64,000 bases of DNA from a virus. Made by a program: the position numbers and the translations under genes. The notes beneath the pieces are model-generated. The model had not been told where the DNA came from. It did not search any database and worked only from the letters and a program-made list of their open reading frames with translations. Positions within the stretch are counted from its first letter, which is position 1, and each line of letters begins with the position of its first letter. The stretch is from IMG/VR virus record IMGVR_UViG_3300030328_002321, positions 1-64,000 of that record; one strand, written 5' to 3'. Shown one piece after another: positions 57,886 through 64,000 of the stretch.

Positions 57886-60800
57886 TATTTACAATTCTTT
57901 TTATTAAATTTATCTTTAAAATTTTGTGGAGCAATCTCTTTTGGATCTTTAGCTGCTGGACCTTCTGTAGATGTTTCTAGTTTAGACTCTTCAATAACCT
58001 CTTGTGCAGTTTTACCCATTATATTTCCTTTTTCAAAAACAACTTTAGGATTATTAAATAGACTTTCATTTATACTTACAGTATCTACACTTAATATAGA
58101 ATAATGCCCTTCTCCTTGTACTCTATCTCCAACTTCGCTAGGAGCAAATAAATAGTCTTGGTATGTAGGAAATCTTGCTCCTGTAACAGGACTAATATAT
58201 TCCTCTGTAGTATTAGCTAATCCTCTATCTACGTGATACTTTTTATTATCTAAAAAAGCACTAAAATCTTCTTTAAGATTAAATTTTGAAGCTTCTGTAT
58301 CTCTTTTTCCTTTAGATGTAAAACCATCTTCAGATGGTTCAACAATGCTGTACACAGCTTTTTGATCATTTAAAGCTTTAATCATTTCACTTTCTGTAAC
58401 CCTTATTGTCTTTTCTAAATTTGGACTGTAATATACTAAATATTTTTCTCCACCTTTAAAGGAATCAAAAAATAAAAAGCTTGGATTTTTATCTGCATTT
58501 TGGGTTTGAGTGCTTACTGCTACTATTTTTGCAGCTTCATCATAGTTTTTATTCTTTATTAACTCTTCAACTTTTTTCTTAGCTTTTTCAGATAAATTTG
58601 CTGTACTAGTTAGTATGATTCTAGGCTTACCTCCAGGCACATTTTCAGGCCTTGCAATTACTGCTATTTGATCAATTCTACCTTCAGTTTGTTCTGTCTG
58701 TACAGCTGTTTTTATTTTAGGTAAATCTTTTTGGTTTTTATCAGGACTTACTTCACTTACTTGCCACTGTATTATATCTGTCTCTCCAGGTACTCCTGCA
58801 GTAAATGCTAATAATATATTGTTTGTACTACCACCTCCAACTTCTTCTTGTATATTATAAAAATAACTTGTGTTTGTTGCATCTGACAATACAGCATTAT
58901 TATAATTATTAGCAATTACTTCAGATATTTTTGTAGTTACTTTTTCACCAGCTTTTAGTTTTTCTAATATTGCTGCTCTTTCTGCACTAGGGCCTGCTGG
59001 GAGTTTTCCTATAAGTTCGCCTTCTAATCTTATATATATAGGAGTTTGACTATTTTCAGTAGATTTACCTTTATGCTCTTTTACAAAGAAATCATTTTCT
59101 ATAATTTCAAAAGTTACTTCTTTTCCTACAACGTCCCCAAGTAATACACTTTGATTAATAACAATAGGTTTTCCATCAAGTGTGTCTTCTTCTTGTAAGT
59201 TAGGAACTCCGTTTCCATCTACTCCTACTTTCTTTTTATTAGTTACCCATAGAGTAGGATTTTCTTTTAAACCAATACTTAACACTGGAGTTTCTTCTTG
59301 ATCTTCCATTGGTAATACGTCCTCAAGACTTAATTGTGCAGGGTCTGAGTCTGGTTTTACTTTAATTTCTCTTTTTGGAGGAGCGTCTTCTATTTCTACA
59401 TTTTTTAAATCTTGTACTGGTTCTTCATCTTCTTTAGTTTTTTCTTTTGCAATCTCTTCTGGATTTTTTTCTTCATACTCTAATTCTTCAATTGCTTTAG
59501 TTAAACCTGCAAGCTCAGTTTCTGAAAGGTCTGCATGATCAATACTTTTAAGATTTGTAAGACGCACATCTAGAGGAAGATCTTCATTTAATTTTAAGTA
59601 TCTATTTTTAGCTTCATCTTCTTTTTCTTTAAGCTCTTTTTTCTTTATTTCTGCATCAACTTTTGTTTCTCCTTCAGCATCTTTTGCATTATTTTTAATG
59701 TCTTCTTCTGTTTTTGCATCTCTAACTGCTTGTTTATCTTTAAGATCTTTTGCTGCTTTAGCAGCTGCTGCTTCTCTTTCTTTCCTTCTTTTTTGATATT
59801 GCTGTTGGAAGTATTCGTCTGAGCTAAGTTTTTTGTAAGCTTCTACAGCTACATTATTATTTGATAGTAATTGTATATAATCATTTGCCATATTTGCAAA
59901 TTCTTTAACTTTAATAGGATCTGCATTTCTTTTTATTAAAGTACTTAATATTTCTTGAAGCTTACCTTTAACTTTATCTACTTCTTCTTTAGCATTATAT
60001 TTTGCAGGATCACCTTCAATTTCAGGCATATTGTATAAACTAAGAACTCCGTCTCTCATAGGAACCCCATTTACAAGATCAACCATTTCTGACATAAGAT
60101 CATTCATGTTATCCTCTATTGATTTCATTCTACGATTACGATCTTTAATACCAAATAAACCTAAAGTAAGATCTGTTCTAAGCGCGTATTGTTCACCAAG
60201 CATTTCTTGCTCTGCTTTTACTTCTTCTTCAGACATTCTAGTTTTACTAAGCCCTTGTTTTGCTGGTATAGGAGGAAAAGCGTCATTTATATCTTGATAA
60301 GTTTTTTTAAAAGTTTTCATCTTGTCTTTATGCTTATCAATTATTTCTTGTTTAGTCAGTCCTGTTTGTTCTTTTATACTTTGCTCAGGATTATACCCAA
60401 ACTGTTTAGCAAATTCAGCGTCTTCCATTTGTGCTGCATCGTCTAGTTTTTGTAGATATACATCATAGCCTCCATTTTCTAATACATCAAAAGCACCAAT
60501 TGCTATTAAATCATTCTGTGCGTCTTTGTATGCTTTGTGATTACCTTCGAGTTTAGCTTTTTGCATTCTTGCTAAAGCATATATTTGGGCATTATAAGAA
60601 GCTCCTCTTCTTTGAGCATTTTGCATAAAACCTCCATTAAGTAAATCTGCTAAGTATTGAGCATTCTTTTTTCTTTGTGCATAAGGTTTACTTAATATAC
60701 TTCCTCCGCCTCCCATTCCTGTCCCTACAATAGCTCCTACAAGCATAGACTCTAGTCCTTCTTGTGTTCCAAACGTTTGTGAAAGGCCTTTATACAGAGA

Positions 60801-62006
60801 GGAAAGCATATCTTCAGATCCTCCATCAAAATATTTATTTGTGTGATAATCTGTTGTTCCTATTTTAGCGGCAAATTGCATTCCTTCTTGAAATGCTTCT
60901 GTAAGAGAGCTTTTGCCAGCAGGTGTTAATCTTGATAGCCCATTTCTAAACATTCCTCTTGCTCCTAATTGGCTTATTGCTTTACCAGCTGCGTCTAAAA
61001 CTACATCCTCATTTTGTTTTAATGCTGCTCTATATCCAGAAACTCTTTTTCCAAACATAAGTAAATTTGTAGGAGCTAATACAGCTATATTCGCTAGAAA
61101 GTCTGCGTTACCTGCATCATAAGATGCTTCTCTAATATCAGCTAGTATTTTTTCTCCTAATTGATATTCACTTTGTAAACCTCTTTCTTCTAACTCTTTA
61201 GCAACTAAAGAATCGTATGCATTTCTTTGTGTTTCTCTTGCCTCTACAGAAGATTCTGCTAAAGACATATATATTCCCACTTCTGCTGTATTTAACGCAT
61301 TAAGTAATCTTTTACCTTTACTTGCTTTAAAAGCTTTATCTGCTAATTGTGTACCAGTTGTCATAGCTTTTGATAAATCATACATTTTTTTCATCTTAGA
61401 AGCTTTTCCTACTAAACTAACTCCTTTCGCCATCATCCCTACTCCTCCGGTTAAATAAACTGTAGCTAAAGAACCTATACTATATCCAAATCCATTAGCT
61501 ACAGTATCTGCCCAAAAATTAGCTGTTCCAAGTTTTTGACCAATATGCATGTCATTTTCTGCTTGAGTTCTATAATTAGGCATAACCTCACGCATCCATT
61601 CATTTCCTTTATCTATACTTTTACCAACAAAATTATCATAGTATGCTCCTCCTGTAGCTAGCTCTCCTAGTCCAGCAATAACTCCTACTGTATTTTCTAC
61701 CAAAGCTCCTACAGTTGTAACTAATGCTTTACTTATACCATTACGCCATTTTTCTCCCGTACTTTGAAGCCTTGCTCTTTGCTCATCCCAATTAAAATGT
61801 CTAGTAGTAGGAACATTGTACTTTTTATATTTACTTAAATCATCTGTATAAATATTTGTAAAATTTATAGAGTCATAAGGATCTATATTTCGCTTAATTA
61901 TTGGAAGTCCTTCTATGTCTTCTGTTCTAATTTGAAAGCCTTTTTGCTTAGGTAGATTAGTTTTACTATCTAAATCTACATCGTTAGTCTGTAGTTGTAT
62001 AGCCAT
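57885..62006 (-). CDS. Giant virion (ejected) protein
   Basis: 1373 aa; Gly/Ala-rich hydrophobic N-terminal helices and coiled coils; directly upstream of the vRNAP. Confidence 0.7.
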   Translation of the reverse strand: MAIQLQTNDVDLDSKTNLPKQKGFQIRTEDIEGLPIIKRNIDPYDSINFTNIYTDDLSKYKKYNVPTTRHFNWDEQRARLQSTGEKWRNGISKALVTTVGALVENTVGVIAGLGELATGGAYYDNFVGKSIDKGNEWMREVMPNYRTQAENDMHIGQKLGTANFWADTVANGFGYSIGSLATVYLTGGVGMMAKGVSLVGKASKMKKMYDLSKAMTTGTQLADKAFKASKGKRLLNALNTAEVGIYMSLAESSVEARETQRNAYDSLVAKELEERGLQSEYQLGEKILADIREASYDAGNADFLANIAVLAPTNLLMFGKRVSGYRAALKQNEDVVLDAAGKAISQLGARGMFRNGLSRLTPAGKSSLTEAFQEGMQFAAKIGTTDYHTNKYFDGGSEDMLSSLYKGLSQTFGTQEGLESMLVGAIVGTGMGGGGSILSKPYAQRKKNAQYLADLLNGGFMQNAQRRGASYNAQIYALARMQKAKLEGNHKAYKDAQNDLIAIGAFDVLENGGYDVYLQKLDDAAQMEDAEFAKQFGYNPEQSIKEQTGLTKQEIIDKHKDKMKTFKKTYQDINDAFPPIPAKQGLSKTRMSEEEVKAEQEMLGEQYALRTDLTLGLFGIKDRNRRMKSIEDNMNDLMSEMVDLVNGVPMRDGVLSLYNMPEIEGDPAKYNAKEEVDKVKGKLQEILSTLIKRNADPIKVKEFANMANDYIQLLSNNNVAVEAYKKLSSDEYFQQQYQKRRKEREAAAAKAAKDLKDKQAVRDAKTEEDIKNNAKDAEGETKVDAEIKKKELKEKEDEAKNRYLKLNEDLPLDVRLTNLKSIDHADLSETELAGLTKAIEELEYEEKNPEEIAKEKTKEDEEPVQDLKNVEIEDAPPKREIKVKPDSDPAQLSLEDVLPMEDQEETPVLSIGLKENPTLWVTNKKKVGVDGNGVPNLQEEDTLDGKPIVINQSVLLGDVVGKEVTFEIIENDFFVKEHKGKSTENSQTPIYIRLEGELIGKLPAGPSAERAAILEKLKAGEKVTTKISEVIANNYNNAVLSDATNTSYFYNIQEEVGGGSTNNILLAFTAGVPGETDIIQWQVSEVSPDKNQKDLPKIKTAVQTEQTEGRIDQIAVIARPENVPGGKPRIILTSTANLSEKAKKKVEELIKNKNYDEAAKIVAVSTQTQNADKNPSFLFFDSFKGGEKYLVYYSPNLEKTIRVTESEMIKALNDQKAVYSIVEPSEDGFTSKGKRDTEASKFNLKEDFSAFLDNKKYHVDRGLANTTEEYISPVTGARFPTYQDYLFAPSEVGDRVQGEGHYSILSVDTVSINESLFNNPKVVFEKGNIMGKTAQEVIEESKLETSTEGPAAKDPKEIAPQNFKDKFNKKNCK

Positions 62007-62009
62007 AAA

Positions 62010-64000
62010 TTAATATAAATATTTTGCGTAGGTATCTCCTTCATTATTAATTGGTTGGTCTAGTAGCCCTTCAAGAATTTTTAAACCTTCTGCTTTCGCG
62101 TGTGCCGTAGTAGTTATAACGCCCTCACTATTCATACTAGTAATTATAATAGGTTTAGAATTTTCTGAACCATTATCATTTTGATATTTAAATTCAACTT
62201 TACTACTTTCTTCTCCTTTAGGTCCTACTGTAAATATTTCTGGAGACCAGCTAGTTACATTATGCGCTAAGCCTTCTGCATATAATCTATTTACTTTAAA
62301 TCCTGTACTATTTACGTGGTTATCTATTGTAGAGTCTCCGTCAGTATAAGCATTTATTTCTGATGCTGGTATAAATATATATTCAGTATCTCCTATATCT
62401 TTATCGTTTTTCTTTACTTTACTCTTTATAGAAACTGCAATCATAGGAACACCGCTTGGATTAGCTACATTTACAAGACCTGTTTGAGCTACATTTATTT
62501 CTACAACATCTCCTTCTCCATATGTTTCTCTTATATATTGCTTATACCCTATTTTCTCTTCACCTGCCATAGTAATAACAGCTATGTTATCATTAAGGCC
62601 TTCTTTAATTGCATTGTTTATAGCTGTTTTTGTTTCGTCTGTTGTATCTCCATAACTAGTATCTACAAGACCATCAAACTTAATAGTATCATTTTTTAAA
62701 GTAGTTTCTATTATGTCTCTATCTGACTGCATTGTTCGTCTAAACTCTTGTACAACATTACCTAAAAATTTATTTCTTGCTTTTAATATATTTGGATCAA
62801 CTTCTCCTTCGTCTCCATATAATGCATTTACAAACTCTCCATACCCTCGTCTTTTTATTGTAGTTCCAGTACCCCCAGTAGGAGCGTAACTAACAGCTAC
62901 ATCACTTTCTCCTGTAAATGCTTCTTGACCTTCAAGGTAAGCTAAAGCATCATATAGTGTTGCACCTTCTTCAAGTGCCCCTGCTTTAATCAACCCTGCT
63001 AATATATCTTCACGCGATAAGTACTGATTCTGTTCTTTATACGGGAGAGTTGTTCCAGGTAATCTTTCAGGTTCTACAAGATCTTTAGATTTACGTTCTT
63101 TATAAGCTTGCTCAGTTTCACCATCTTTATATACTGAATTTTTTGCTTCGTTTAATCTAATATTTGCAAGAGTTTGTTTGTCTCTTGCTCTTCTAAGATT
63201 TTTAATATCTCCAATTAAAGTTTCTTTACCAACTTTGTTATCTTCAGGCATTAAAGCTAAAATTTCTTCTATTTCTGCATCTGTATCTGCATTGTATAAT
63301 AGCTCAGCTGAAACATTTCTATCTGCATATTCTGTTGTAGTTTTATCTATGATTGAAACTTGTTCAGCTAAATGCTTTTGTATTTGTGGTGTAGTAGTAC
63401 CACCAATAACTACAGAAGTCATAGCACCGCTAACGCCTGTATTAAAAAATACTTGTGGTTTATCTTTATTGCTACCACCTGATCCTACACCATCTTCATC
63501 TAATACACTTGGAGTTTCTGAATAAGCTTCGTTTCTATAAACATATTTATTTTGTGCATCTTTTAAATATTCTTTCTTTAAGTCATCATGAGTTACACCA
63601 ACTAAAGTATTTCTAGCTCCGTTTGTTTCAACATTTTTTAGAATTCTTTCTTTATAGTCTTCATAGTATTGTACTGTTTCTGCTCTTTTCTCATCTGATA
63701 GATCTTTATCAGCAATTGTTTCATCTATTTTAGAATCTATACTAGCTAAAGAATTATTTATTTTTTCTTGTGCTTCTTCATCAGTAAGCATATAAGTACT
63801 AAGATCTGCTTCTTGTCTAAGATATGCGTGTACATCATCTCTTTTTAATACTGCATTAGTTACGTTTGCAACTAAGTTTGAATCTACTTCTCCTAGTATT
63901 TTTTTTCCTTTTTTAACTAGCCATACAGGATTTCCTGCTTTACTTTTTTCTACACCATCTAAAGGGTATCTATCTAAAACTATTTCAAAGTCACCATCAC
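62010..64000 (-). CDS. Large virion/cargo protein, 5' end beyond the window
   Basis: Manual reading shows the frame stays open from 63791 to the window edge, so the ORF-track start is internal. Confidence 0.7.
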   Translation of the reverse strand, partial: DGDFEIVLDRYPLDGVEKSKAGNPVWLVKKGKKILGEVDSNLVANVTNAVLKRDDVHAYLRQEADLSTYMLTDEEAQEKINNSLASIDSKIDETIADKDLSDEKRAETVQYYEDYKERILKNVETNGARNTLVGVTHDDLKKEYLKDAQNKYVYRNEAYSETPSVLDEDGVGSGGSNKDKPQVFFNTGVSGAMTSVVIGGTTTPQIQKHLAEQVSIIDKTTTEYADRNVSAELLYNADTDAEIEEILALMPEDNKVGKETLIGDIKNLRRARDKQTLANIRLNEAKNSVYKDGETEQAYKERKSKDLVEPERLPGTTLPYKEQNQYLSREDILAGLIKAGALEEGATLYDALAYLEGQEAFTGESDVAVSYAPTGGTGTTIKRRGYGEFVNALYGDEGEVDPNILKARNKFLGNVVQEFRRTMQSDRDIIETTLKNDTIKFDGLVDTSYGDTTDETKTAINNAIKEGLNDNIAVITMAGEEKIGYKQYIRETYGEGDVVEINVAQTGLVNVANPSGVPMIAVSIKSKVKKNDKDIGDTEYIFIPASEINAYTDGDSTIDNHVNSTGFKVNRLYAEGLAHNVTSWSPEIFTVGPKGEESSKVEFKYQNDNGSENSKPIIITSMNSEGVITTTAHAKAEGLKILEGLLDQPINNEGDTYAKYLY

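Noticed and set aside
88-63525. Many 60-140 aa ORFs antisense to or nested in long genes (e.g. 3378-3641, 39634-39975, 48065-48775, 53747-54175)
   Set aside because: These are shadow ORFs of well-supported genes, with Ser/Leu/Phe-rich composition and no motifs
1-64000. Stop-codon reassignment as in some gut crAss-like phages
   Set aside because: Long genes are intact in code 11, TAG and TGA serve as real stops (e.g. 39531, 44663, 29508), and no suppressor tRNA was seen

Overview
This AT-rich window comes from a lytic crAss-like (Crassvirales-type) phage genome. The host is most likely an aquatic Bacteroidota (Flavobacteriia): TTTG-N19-21-TAnnTTTG promoters, Bacteroidota-type signal peptides and a T9SS-like C-terminal domain all point that way. 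There are three blocks. (1) Bases 1-26470, minus strand, hold the late genes: GroES, an HU-like protein, terminase, a SET-domain protein, portal, a modular cargo protein, scaffold, major capsid protein, ring/tail proteins, fibres, and a cluster of secreted/outer-membrane proteins. (2) Bases 26746-46782, plus strand, hold early and replication genes: PolA, SF2 helicase, initiator, DnaB, Sak4-like ATPase, SSB, primase, phosphoesterase, resolvase, rIIA, a spore-photoproduct-lyase-like radical SAM enzyme, rIIB and a 5'-3' exonuclease. (3) Bases 46850-64000, minus strand, hold giant virion proteins, including the DFDID-motif virion RNA polymerase. The genetic code appears standard, and I saw no tRNA, CRISPR array, integrase, intron or intein. 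The most notable unexplained signals are: a ~250-nt structured RNA candidate between two host-type promoters (26200-26468); a dispersed family of long intergenic hairpins sharing an ATGAG-N1-3-AGG 5' arm; a SET methyltransferase between terminase and portal; a GG-motif-punctuated multi-enzyme cargo protein; an envelope/secretion gene cluster; and an SPL-like enzyme between rIIA and rIIB. All family assignments come from motif recognition by eye, not database searches.
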